Shown here: positions 1 through 11,117 of the stretch, piece by piece
How the letters are laid out: every line of letters starts with the position of its first letter
Position numbering within the stretch: the first letter of the stretch is position 1
Assembly (NCBI GenBank): GCA_028534125.1
Contig: CM052817.1
Span: forward strand, 19,718,001 to 19,782,000
Source: Lama glama
Lineage: Eukaryota
Reading direction: 5' to 3'
Length of the DNA stretch: 64,000 bases
Notes under the pieces: generated by a model
What the model saw: the letters and a program-made list of their open reading frames with translations, nothing else
What the model was told of the DNA's origin: nothing
Databases searched by the model: none
Made by a program: the position numbers and the translations under genes

Positions 1-799
1 TGTTGTATTAAATGTTCAACCAATACCACTAATTGCTTTCAAATCTGTCAGTTACAGATCAATTCACCGTCTCCCTTTACCCAAAGGTGAGACTTTCATT
101 GATCAAGTGAGAAAGGGTTAATCATAGAAAAATGAGACGAGAGAAAGTGAGAAAAGGAGTCCTCATTTTGAAGATGTCATCCTCAACATCCTAAATGAAG
201 ACAAAGTTACATTTGAAGAATCTTGGAATTTGAGCATTTAAATTTTCAGGTAGAAGATTTCGGCTTTCTTATCACCTCTGTACTTAACAGGGGCCAGGAG
301 TCTGGGAAATTCTGAGCTTAAAAAGAGAAGAATTTGGTGCCAGAGTGAGAGGAGTGAAGTGGGAGATATATTTCACGGTGTGTCTCGTATAAACACTTAT
401 TCCTGTCTTCCGCAGAATAGGCTCTTTTGGAAAGCCCTCTTATAAAAGGACTGGACTGCCAATTTCTTAGCAAGCTGAAATCCTAGAAATATCATCACTG
501 ATGAATCACTTCTTACTGAGGAGCCAATTTAGAATAGAATTGGGCAGGCAAGCTGCTAACAGTAGGGTAGAGGCTTCTGAGGTGCATAAGGACAGAAGAA
601 GAGAAGAACAGCATGTTCTTTTCTCGTTAATTTGGTCCATAACCTTGGCACTAAAGTGATAATGGAAATCACAGAAGGTGAGAATGAAGATCTCCAACCA
701 GGCTAGTGAGGATGTTACATGATACATCAGTTATAAAACTTCCTTCGACTACGTATATAGATTGAGCGTCTCATACCTCTTAGCACTTAACCTACTGTT

Positions 800-962
800 A
801 CTGTGGAGTCATAGAACAAGTGAGGATTTTGAAGTCAGATGAGTGGGAGTTAGCGAGTACGACAGGTGAGACGTTTAACCTTTCTTGCCTTTGGTGTTCG
901 CTTTGGTAAAACAAGGGCATTTGGTTAGATTATTTGAAAGGTCTCCATAAAATCTATGGCTC
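800..962 (+). mobile_element. MIR3/MIRc-like SINE fragment
   Basis: Degenerate MIR core (gaagtcaga...ttaacctttcttgcc...gtaaaacaaggg) and a MIR3-type tail (ttggttagattatttgaaaggtctcc...tctatggctc). Confidence 0.55.
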
Positions 963-1039
963 CAAATACATTTAATGATCAGACTCTAAGTATAGCAGAT
1001 ACGGTATAAGAGGAAGGAAAGTGGATTTATTTCAAGAGA

Positions 1040-1194
1040 AAACAGTCCTGGTTTTGAGGCGTAGACTTACTTAAATCTTTTCTCCTCTTACCTTGTGATC
1101 TTGAACTGAAAACTGCAGTTTCTTTTCTTCAAAATGGGCATAATAATTCTTGCTGAAGGTATTTTTGTTAAAGGAAAAATGAGAGAAAGCATAG
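1040..1194 (+). mobile_element. MIR SINE fragment running into an assembly gap
   Basis: ttaccttgtgatcttgaac...cagtttcttttcttcaaaatgggcataataat resembles the MIR core. Confidence 0.55.
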
Positions 1195-1294
1195 NNNNNN
1201 NNNNNNNNNNNNNNNNNNNNNNNNNNNNNNNNNNNNNNNNNNNNNNNNNNNNNNNNNNNNNNNNNNNNNNNNNNNNNNNNNNNNNNNNNNNNNN
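1195..1294. other. Assembly gap (100 N, probably placeholder size)
   Basis: Run of N. Confidence 1.
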
Positions 1295-1496
1295 ACTGTT
1301 GTGTGTTAAGATGTTGGTGTCACAAGACGGTGGGTCATCTGTCATTCTGAGACCCTGATTGACTAACAGAGTCGAGTCCCCAGCAACCTGAATTAGACAA
1401 GTAAAGCTAGTGGAAAATAAACTTTGTTGTAAGGCCACAGAGATTTAGAAGATACTTTGGCTTCGTAGCATAAGTAAACTTTCCTGAGCAATAGAG
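1295..1496 (+). mobile_element. MaLR LTR 3' part (MLT1H/I/J-like)
   Basis: aaataaactttgttgtaaggccacagagattt...gcataagtaaactttcctgagcaataga matches the typical old MLT1 3' terminus. Confidence 0.7.
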
Positions 1497-2070
1497 GCAT
1501 TAATATGAGGGAAAAAAGTCTTTGTTGAATATTCCAGGCCACAGAGAAATCACTAAGTCAAAGGAACATATGAAGGATGGATATTAAGCAGACTTGAACT
1601 TTAAGGAACACAAGGACTGAACAGTTGGGTAATAGGAAAATGTCGTGGACGTGGCTAAGGTGACACATTTTAAAGTAGGCTGGTCCCCAAGGTGCATGGT
1701 TCGTATTGGGGATTACTAGAAATTGAACCAAGTCCACGTCAGTAAACAAGAAGGTTCAAACCACAATACGTTTCTATCAAATGTCATTGTGTGTCTGGAG
1801 TGTCCTTTTGGATTCCTTTTCTCTAGAAGCTCATTATTCTGAAGAAAGCAAAAAAAGGTTTGTCCCCTTGGGAAAGGAAAATGTTTTATTCTGGCAACAA
1901 TCATATAGGTAGAAATTCAAGGCAGTCCTCTATGTGAAGTGTGGTGATAGAATTTACATATTTATATGTACATATTTATAATGATATCATATACTCATAT
2001 ACTCATGTACCTGCTTATGTTAGTCTTTGTAACTAAAATAGTCCATGAAAGCAAGCATCTCTTGTGTGGC

Positions 2071-2365
2071 TTTGTTTTTTCTCATTAAACTTTGTTTTAA
2101 TGGGTCTTGAAATGCTGTGATGGATTTTTAATTAAGTTGTTTCCATTAAAAAGTATACTGATTTTAAAAACTAATAACTTAAAAATGCCTCACACAAAAA
2201 AACAAATGGTCCACAGAACATTCTCCTTCCCTTCGGAAGGTTTTACAGTGCAATGTTATTATTAACCCATCTTTTACTGTTCAACTTAAATGGCCAATTG
2301 AGACAAACAGTTCTGAGACCATTGCACCACCACTGATGAAGACAGGGGTAGCAGGCATTGGGGAT
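2071..2365 (-). pseudogene. EEF1A1: 5'-truncated processed pseudogene of EEF1A1 (3'UTR only)
   Basis: Reverse complement reads ATCCCCAATGCCTGC...ATCAGTGGTGG...GGTCTCAGAACTGTTTGTCTCAATTGGCCATTTAAGTT...GTAAAACCTTCCGAAGG...TTTTAAGTTATTAGTTTTTAAAATCAG...CCCATTAAAAC...TAATGAG, colinear with the mammalian EEF1A1 3'UTR as I recall it. ATTAAA poly(A) signal at 2096-2101 and an A-rich tail remnant at 2071-2080. Confidence 0.92.
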
Positions 2366-3616
2366 CCTTAGGTCAAACTCACTAGGTATTTGATCGATAT
2401 ACTCATAAGCTGAGCGAATTATTGAATTAAAGCAGTAGGCACGAGAATGAATGGGTGAAAGTATAAAGATTGGACATAATGTCTTCAGAGCAGGAGGCTG
2501 TGGCTTCGTGGCATAGGGATGCTAATCATTATGTCAGAAACAATGGGAACTGGGTTTAGAGTGGCAAAATGTGTGCTCGGCCACATTCTCACCAGTAGAC
2601 GCCGGCCCTTCAGTATCTTTCCCATTTGAGTCAGAACTGTCTCAGGAACTGATGGTGCAGATGGATTATTTTTATATTCCAGGAGTCAGGAAACTTCTAG
2701 TTTTGGGCTGTGACACTCTTTTTCTCAGCTGTCTGCATTTTGTTCTCTCTTCTAAGCAGATTCTTCCATATTGATCATTTAACTCCACACTCCACCTCTC
2801 CGTATGCCTTTATCCTATTTATCTATCTTTAGAAAGCTTAATTTTCATTCTCCCCAAACTAAATAGTTGATTTTTCTATGTGTTTCACAGTAATCACACT
2901 TTTCTATCGTTTAAGATTAGCTTCTCTTTAACCTCTAATAACCTGGAGGCTCCTATGTGTAGCTTGCTGGGTACATAATCATCATTCAATAGAGAGAGAA
3001 TGAATGGGTAAATAAACAATAAAACTAAAGTCCCCTAATATGTAAAATTTAGGGACTGTCAGCTTTGTTTTATTTAGTAGATTCATTTACCTGGTTGCAT
3101 TTCAATGCAGAACATGGGGGTTCTATAATACCCCCGAAGAAAGGAAATGTATCTCTACTTTTGCCTGCAAGTGATGAATACATAGAATATTTATGCCATC
3201 TAGTTTCTTTAGAACTTATATAAAATGTGAGATTCTTAGGATCACACACATATCCTTGGTGAAGTTATGTAGATCAAAAATGATTTTTTTCCAGGTATCC
3301 ATACTACTCTGAAGCTTGTAAGGCTAGCCAGCAGGAAACCACAAGAAAGAGCGTGATGGGAGAGATCAAAGAGAATACCAAATCGATGCTGGTCTGGTAT
3401 GAATAATGGTAGCATATCTGTGTGTGAAACCTAAACACAGAGGTCAAACTTTCTTGGACAATGACATGAAAGATGATAGAATCATATCCCTGATTTTAGG
3501 TAACAGTAACACAGTAAGTTTATTTCTAGGCATTTTATTGTTTCTGATGCAATGGAAATGTTTATGCCAGTTATAAAATTCTGGCTTTTGAAGTGGAAAA
3601 AAGGTGAATGAAGAGC

Positions 3617-3800
3617 CGCAGATGGCAAAATATCCTTCTTTCCTGTTGGTGAGTTGTATTTCATTACATATATATGCTGTATCTTCTTTATCCATTCATC
3701 TATTGATGTGCACTTAGGATGCTTCCATACCTTGGCAATTATAAATAATGTTGCTGTTAATAGCGGGGTGTATGTATCTTTTTGAATTAATTCTTATTTT
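3617..3800 (-). mobile_element. LINE-1 fragment (ORF2 end/3'UTR)
   Basis: gcagatggcaaaatatccttc...atcttctttatccattcatctattgatg...ttccataccttggcaattataaataatgttgctg is antisense L1 sequence. Confidence 0.8.
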
Positions 3801-3879
3801 CTGGTTGGCTTTATTCCTTTGGTAGCTATGTAAGTTTAAAAAGCTATAGCTCCAAACATTCTTGGAAACAATGAACAGT

Positions 3880-3984
3880 AAATTTAAAACTGTGCAGTAT
3901 ATTGTATTTACATGCAATATATTGTATATGTGCAGTCAAATTGTACCAATTTTACCTAATAAAACTGAAAAATGAAAAAAAAAA
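3880..3984 (+). mobile_element. Old L1 (L1M-type) 3' terminus with poly(A)
   Basis: atgtgcagtcaaattgtaccaattttacctaataaaactg followed by an A-run. Confidence 0.5.
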
Positions 3985-3985
3985 G

Positions 3986-4340
3986 CAGTGACAGTAAGTG
4001 CAAAGGGTCTGAGCAGGTGCATATTTCTGATGTTTTGGAAGAAGTGGAAGGTGGCCAGGTGGCTAGGGTAGATTGGGAAGAAGGGAGGGCATGAGGGCAG
4101 AGTCATGCAGAGCCAGGGTTTTGCAGGCCAATTTAGGGAGTTTGAGTCTCACTTGGAATCAGAGTTAGCCTTTGAATAATTGCTAAAAGAAGAGTAACAC
4201 AAACTGATTCAATTTGTATCTGTATTATTTCCCAATGCTGGGTGGGGAAGAGACTGTGGAAGGTCAGGTGCAGAAGCAAGGGTTCTAGTGGAAAAGGGCA
4301 AGCCTCCCGAGAAGACACAGGTGCCTTAGATCAGGTGAAC
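3986..4340 (-). mobile_element. LINE-2 fragment
   Basis: agtgcaaagggtctgagcagg...tgctgggtggggaagagactgtggaagg...gaagcaagg matches antisense L2. Confidence 0.75.
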
Positions 4341-4860
4341 AGGGTAAGAAATTAATTCAAAGGGAGGCGGAGTTACCCCCTGTGACATCATCCGCGCCCC
4401 ACCCCACACTACTGCAGCTGCTGCAGTTGTGCAGTTCAGCTCTGCGGGCAGGAAATGCATGTAGGAGAGTGTAGGTCACATGGTGAGCAGCTTCTCAATG
4501 ACAGCTGAATTTAAACCTGATTTTATTGTATGGGTACCGTCTGTAAGGGTGATAGTTGACCAAAAAAAGATAGGATATAAGAAATGGGGCAGAAGCAGGA
4601 TTGTAGATTGAGATGACAAGGGGGCATCATATGATAGTAAGTGGAAATAAAGGAAACGGTAGTGGTATCCAGACTTTAGACCTCAAAATATGTACGTGTA
4701 TATAGAATATCGATATTGTGTGTGTGTGTGTGTGTAAATATATATATATGTATGTATAAATATTAAAATGCCCACAGGAGTCCCAAAGTTAGTGGCAAAG
4801 GGATCCACCAGAAATATTAGGAGTATTAGTTGTAGAACAGGATAACTGGTGATTCTTCAC

Positions 4861-5035
4861 CAGGTAGAGCAGGGTTTTGCAGACAGGAGGCTGACACAAT
4901 TCTTAGTATCCTCCTTTAGGAAAAGAATAAAAAAATTATAAACACAAAGTAAGATTCAGAGTCCTGCAAATGGCCTATTCAAGTGAGAGGCCCAGAAGAC
5001 TAAGCTTTATGAGCTCCCTGGTAAGTCCACTACTA
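4861..5035. mobile_element. MER53-like non-autonomous hAT DNA transposon
   Basis: ctttaggaaaagaataaaaaaattataaacacaaa...caagtgagaggcccagaagactaagctttatgagctccctggtaagtccactact resembles the MER53 consensus. Confidence 0.65.
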
Positions 5036-6547
5036 ATTATAGGATATTCATATGGAATGCATTTTATTTTCATTTATTGTTAAAGCCTCACTAAACATCA
5101 ACCTATAGAAATAATAAAAGCAGGAATTTCTTTAATGAAAAAAATGATAAACTGAAGTACGTATCTCAGATTGTTCTCAGGCTGTTCTGTTATGCCTTTC
5201 CTGATACAAATACTTTTTGAAAAAAATCATATTCGGAAAAAATAGTGCACAATTTGGGTTACTTACAATTTATATCATTGTTTTAAAGTGAATGTTGCAA
5301 TAGTTGCTCCAAATACCTATTTAAAAAAACAGCACGTTAAACTCTGGATAGCTGTTAAGAAAATGAAACACAGATCTGAGTAGTCTAAAAATTGGAAAAG
5401 AAGTGAAGATTTAATCTTTTAAGAAATGATGGGGAAACCAATATTACCTGATAAAGGAAAGACAAGAGCGGGCTGCTGGTACTTGACCTAGCCCCAAATG
5501 CCATCCTTTATCTTGTGTACAGGAATCCCTGGGATGAGCAAGGCTGTATTTCCTCGGAATTTCACCCTCTCATTCCCATTAACTCCTGCCACGGCCAACG
5601 TCTAATCTGCACATTTTGTAGTTGAATTAAAAGAATACAAAATATATCTTTCTCAAAATCAATTTTTATTTTCCTCCAAGTGTTCAACTTTCCAATTTTT
5701 ATAGCCTCGTTACTTCTCTAAGTTCTCATTTTCCACATATCCAAGTCTTTTCCCCTTCTTTTGGACTCTAACAAGGAATTTAATGAAAGTTTTAATGATG
5801 ATTAGGGAACAGGTTTTGCATTTCTTTGGTCAAGGAGTCTGTCTAAGTTATCCTTTAGTGGAAAATAAGGGGAAATCAAACCTCTCCTTTGACCCCCTTA
5901 GCTCCAGCCTCCGAGGAGAGTACTAACGTGGAAAAGAGCTGCTTCCTCTGCTGTCATTCCACCCAGGTTCCCTGAGATCACTTGCAACTGTTTTGTGCAC
6001 CGACTGCCCCTTAGTGCTCAAATAAATAAACTCAGCTTTAGGTACAGGAGAAATAAAGATAGTACTTGATGGTGTCCTAGGTTAGTTCTTAACCATTTGG
6101 ATTCATCTAACTTGGGTAAAGTGCTCTCCCAACATATTCAGCAAAAATCTCTGAGTCTTGCAGGGAAGCTAGGGGCTAAATCTCTAGCAGTGTTTGTGTG
6201 TCCCACGTACTTTATCAGCTACTGCCTTGGGATAACGTAGGATCAGTTATCACATTAAAATCTAATTTTTAAGTGTATTTGAGTATAGTAGCCAACAGTC
6301 TAAATGTTACCTAACTTTACTCTCCTTCCAAATAGAGGTTCTTAATTTGAAACCTAGTCACAAAAATGTAACTTTTAGTTTAGCTGAGTAATAGTGGAGC
6401 ATGTTTGCCAGAAACCATCATCTGGCGCCAAGCTAACAACAAGGGCCGGTGGACAATTTACTCTCCCTGTGAATCCTGGAAGAGAAAAATGCAATGGGAT
6501 TTGGTAAACATAGCCACTGTCTTTGCTGGGTTAACCAAACAGGAATT

Positions 6548-7005
6548 TTAGTGAGCTTTTGCTGTGTAACAAACCACACATCACCCGCCTCAGATATAGC
6601 GATTTGAAACAGTAGCAGCGTTACTGAGCTTATAGTTCTGTGGGCCATCTTGATATTCCTGAGGTCTAGACCAGTTCTGCTGGTCACGCTGGGCTCGCTC
6701 ACTTACCTATGGTCAGCTGGCAGATTGGCTGGCTGTTGGATGATCTCCTAGGGCTCCAGTCACATGACTGTCAATTGCCAGGCATGGTGGAATCTCAGGT
6801 CGAGTGGCTCATCTCAGCCACATGTGGTATTTCAATTTCCAGTAAGCTAACTCAGCTTTGTTTACAAGTCAAGCCATGTGGTCAAGTCCAGATATAAGGA
6901 GTAGAAGAATCATCTCCATCTCTTGGTTGGAAGAGCTTCAGAATAACTTTGCTAAAGGGCGTGCATATTGAGAAAAACTCGTGGCTACTTTTTGCAACCT
7001 GCCCT
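6548..7005 (-). mobile_element. MaLR solo LTR (MLT1G/H-like)
   Basis: ttagtgagcttttgctgtgtaacaaaccac...gctgggctcgctcac...ggtcagctggcagattggctgg...ctccatctcttggttggaagagct. Confidence 0.8.
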
Positions 7006-8677
7006 GTAGGCTAGTTGCTATTGTGTTGAATTGAAAACTTTGATGGTCACTCTCCTGTCCCTCTGCCTTTCTCTTGCAGCGTTCTGGGTACATTCTTAAT
7101 CTCTACAATTTCTACTTAGAGACAAAATGCTCTCCTGCCACACCACCCTAGTTTTCTGTGTAATTTTTTAAACTATTGATCGGGGGTGGGGAGAAATCTA
7201 TTTGACTTAATGATTCTATATTATCCTGTTTGTCTCAACGCATCCTTAGAGTTAAATACAGTAAAAAGATTTTTAAAAAGGATATTTATTTTCTAAAAAG
7301 TGAAAGTGTCTTACAGTATTTGAGACTCCAAGACTACAGAACAGAATTCTCATTTTTTCTTAGCACTGCGATTTGTGTATTATGTACGTGCTTCAACTTC
7401 TCTGCAGAATTTCCAGGAATCTACTGAATGATGTCCACATTAATTTCCCTAATAAATCATAAATTTGAAACAGATGGGCAATACTTACTGGGAAACTGGG
7501 TGACACACAGTATCCCTACAAAGTTTTTCAATGCTGGGGCTTTTCCAAAGCAACAGGACTAAATGATGTCATCTTGTAATATCCTCTCTAGAGATGGGGT
7601 GAAAGTTAATGAGTCTGATCTTTCCAGTGGTCAGTAAGCTAACGTCCATTATATTAAGATCTTGATCATGACATGGATTCAGATGATCAAACTGCTGGCC
7701 CCTTTAAAAATGGAATCTATGAAAGAAACTCCGACAAATGCCTAAGAATATCTGTGCTAATGGTTAACTGTGTACATAATGATGCTGTTTATCCACTGTT
7801 CCTCTTTTACTGATTGTTTGAATTTTAGCTAGCTGTCTTCAGCCAAAACATCTAAACACCAGGATCATAAGCTGTTAAGAATGACATACAGAAGAATGTG
7901 ACTTTTTCCCCCTTGTATTTTGACTTTTGGCTTGCCTATCTACACAATCCATTCTTCAAAATAATTTGGAGAACTGAGAAGTTTCAAGGAGAGAAATGGA
8001 AACTTGGAGAACTTTATTGAGGCATTTGTACTAAGAATAGTCAAAAAGGAAAAAAAAATCATTTCTCTAAAGACATACCATCTTGAGCTGTGATCTTGCC
8101 AATTCTTAGTAGCTGAGTAGGGTCAGTTCCTCTCAGCACTTGAATGTGAGATCTCAGGAGATAACATAAAGGCCTGAAAGAAATGGTGTTTGTGATTTTT
8201 TTTAAATAAGTTATAACTTTATTCTTTCAGATTTCGTCCAGGACCCGTAGTAGAGCTAAGGAGACTACTGGCATGTTAACTTTAAAAAGAAAGTTAACAA
8301 AAAGCAATTATTTTATTAGGAGTTCCTGTGTATTTTGTAAATTCATTTGTGTTTTCAGTATCATTTATAAACTGACATGTCATTATTGCCTTTGTCAGAT
8401 TAAACACATTCTTACTACAAAGCTTCATATTCTATATGCAAAATAGGTTTAGGATAATCATGTTTATAATTTTTTCCCTGAACCTCTAATTTCTTCCATC
8501 CTTTTCCTGATCACAAAGAAGAGAGGAGTAAGGCTGCAACTAATGTTTTAAAGTGTGTGAGCAAACCTAAACTCTGCTCGTGATGAGCACGCATACACTT
8601 GCTTACTCCTGAAACAAGGCTGAGGAAAAGTATTTAAACTGCCTAGTATGCTGACTGGTTTTCCGTGACTGCCTCTC

Positions 8678-9629
8678 TTAATAGATATTTTTCTGAAGAC
8701 ATACGGATGATCAATAGGCACATGAAAAGATTCTCAACAGAGCTAATCGTTAGAGAAATGCAAATCAAATCCACAATGGGATATCACCTCCCACCTGTCA
8801 GAATGGTTATCATCAAAGAGTCTGCAAATTAACAAATGTTGGCAAAGATGTGGAGAAAAGGGAACCTTAGTACACTATTGGTGGGAATGTAAATTGGCCC
8901 AGCCACTGTGGAAAACAGTAGGCGAGTTCCTTAAAAAAATATAAAAATAGAACTACCATTTGATCCAGCATTTTCACTCTCAGGAATATATCTGAAGAAA
9001 ACAAAAACATTAATTCAAAAAGACACCTACACCCCAGTGTTCATAGCAGCACTATTTACAATAGCCAAGACATGGAAACAACGTAAATGTCCATCGACAG
9101 ATGACTGGATAAAGAAGTTGTGTTATTTATATATTTTTATATATATACACACACACATACACACACACATACACACATACACACAAGAATACAATTCAGC
9201 CATAAAAAATAAATAAAATTTGCCATTTGCAACAACATGAACGGACCTAAAGCATATTACGCTTAGTGAAGAAAGTCAGACAGAGAAAGACAAATACTGT
9301 AAGTAATCCCTTATATGTGGAATCTAAAAAAAAAATGTATGTAACAAAACAGAAACAGACTCACGGGTATGAAGAACAAACTAGAGGTTATCAGTGGGAG
9401 GGAGAATGGTGAAGGGGCAAGATAAGGGTAGGAGATTGAGAGGTACAAACTATCACATTTAAAATAAACAATCTACAAGAAAATATTATGCAGTACAGGG
9501 AATATAGCTAATACTTTATAATAACTTTAAATGGTGTATAATCTATAAAATATTGAATTACTATGTTGTACAGCTGAAATTATTATAATATTATAAGTCA
9601 ACTATATATACACTTCAGGGAAAAAAAAA
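8678..9629 (+). mobile_element. 5'-truncated LINE-1 (ORF2 C-terminus plus 3'UTR and poly(A))
   Basis: aggcacatgaaaagattctcaac...agagaaatgcaaatcaaa...ggtgggaatgtaaattgg...atagaactacc...3'UTR ending ataagtcaactata...A-run, with an internal (CA)n/(TA)n tract near 9130-9185. Confidence 0.95.
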
Positions 9630-9749
9630 TCAAGCTTTTATTTGACTGGGCACTCTAATTATCATGGATCTTAGCATCCACACACTCCTAAAACTTTATG
9701 GGTACATTCTTTCCATTGACCCATCCTACTTTTTATTATTCCTCTGTTC

Positions 9750-10245
9750 TTAAGTAGTTTTTTTCTGGTTCCCAATGCTGTCTTCCAATGTTGCCTATGA
9801 CTATCAGAAAGAATTCTCAAAGATGCAGAGCTAAACTTACTGCTTATCTTGAAGACCAACAGTGCTCACTATCTACAAGCCTCCCAAACTTTGCTCTTTC
9901 TTGATATAAATTCCCTTTCCTCCAGTCATATGTAATTACATATAATTTCTTAAATATTTTATGCTTTTAGGAACTTCCTTTTTTTCACATTGCTCTTTCT
10001 GCTATTGGAAATTCCATTTTTATTCTCATATCTGGATCATGGGTCTTTGCCTGGCCCCCATAAAATTCTATTCTGCTTATCCTAGCTCTATTCTCACACC
10101 CAGTGAAATGTCTTTGTTTGTATCTCTAGCAGAAATGAAGTTTCTCTAGAAATGAATTCCTAACTTCTCAACACCTAATTGAAGGCTAGGTTAGAATGGA
10201 TGGTCAACAAATATTTGTTGAATATATGAATCAGTAAATGAATAA
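9750..10245 (+). mobile_element. LINE-2 3' region
   Basis: Ends in the L2 terminus caacaaatatttgttgaat...aatgaata; degenerate L2 body upstream. Confidence 0.55.
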
Positions 10246-10554
10246 TACCAAGATATATAATGATGGAAGAAAGTGAAAAAGGAGGGGCTATAATTTGGGA
10301 ATATATAAACAAGTGCTCTTTAAAACCCATGACAAATTTAATGACAAGATTTTTGCTGCTCTTAAGTGTATTTAGGTCTTTGTTCCATTACTGTTTTATG
10401 AGTTTACTTTTTATTCTAGATTATTTTCTATTCTAGATTGCTTCCTGATGGAAGCAACTATTTTCAGAAATAAGCTTACAAGTGTATATAAAAGACAGAA
10501 ATCTCAATGGTGTGGTTGTAGAAATGCTAAAAAAAATTTTCAGACAGATGTAAT

Positions 10555-11117
10555 TGTACTAGGAAAGAACAAATCTGACTCAATATTGGATCTTTTTTTG
10601 GGGGGGTGGGGAGAGTTTGCTTGCTTTCTTTTTTTTTTTTTTTTTTACTTTAACCTTTGTATTCTACTGCTTTTGCTACAAGTCAATCCCTAAAGAGATG
10701 TTGCCTATAGCTTAAAGTATACATAATGGCCCATCTCTGGGAACCCTGCCTCCTATGCCTGAGCATTAAACTGAAATACCTTTGTTTAGCTCACAGGAAA
10801 CATCATGACCAGGCCCACCTGTGAATGGCTGCAAGAAAGAAGGCATTTTAACACACCCCGTCTGGAATCTGGCCAGAACCAGGAAATATTTGCAACAATT
10901 TATTGCCTTTTTTATTTTACTTCCTCAACCCCTCCCTTTGTTCTGTAAAAGAGACTAGTTTCCTAACCGAGGCAAAATGGTTCTTTGGGACACTAGCCTG
11001 CCATCTTCTTGGTCTGCTGGCTTGCTGAATAAAGTCGCTATTCCTTGCCCCAACAACTCATCTTTTAATTTACTGGCCTGTTGCATGGCAAGCAGTATGA
11101 GCCTGGACTCGGTAACA
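10555..11117 (+). mobile_element. ERV1-class solo LTR
   Basis: TGTA...TAACA termini, 4-bp TSD TAAT (10551-10554 / 11118-11121), AATAAA near 11028, U5 ending ggactcggtaaca. Confidence 0.9.
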
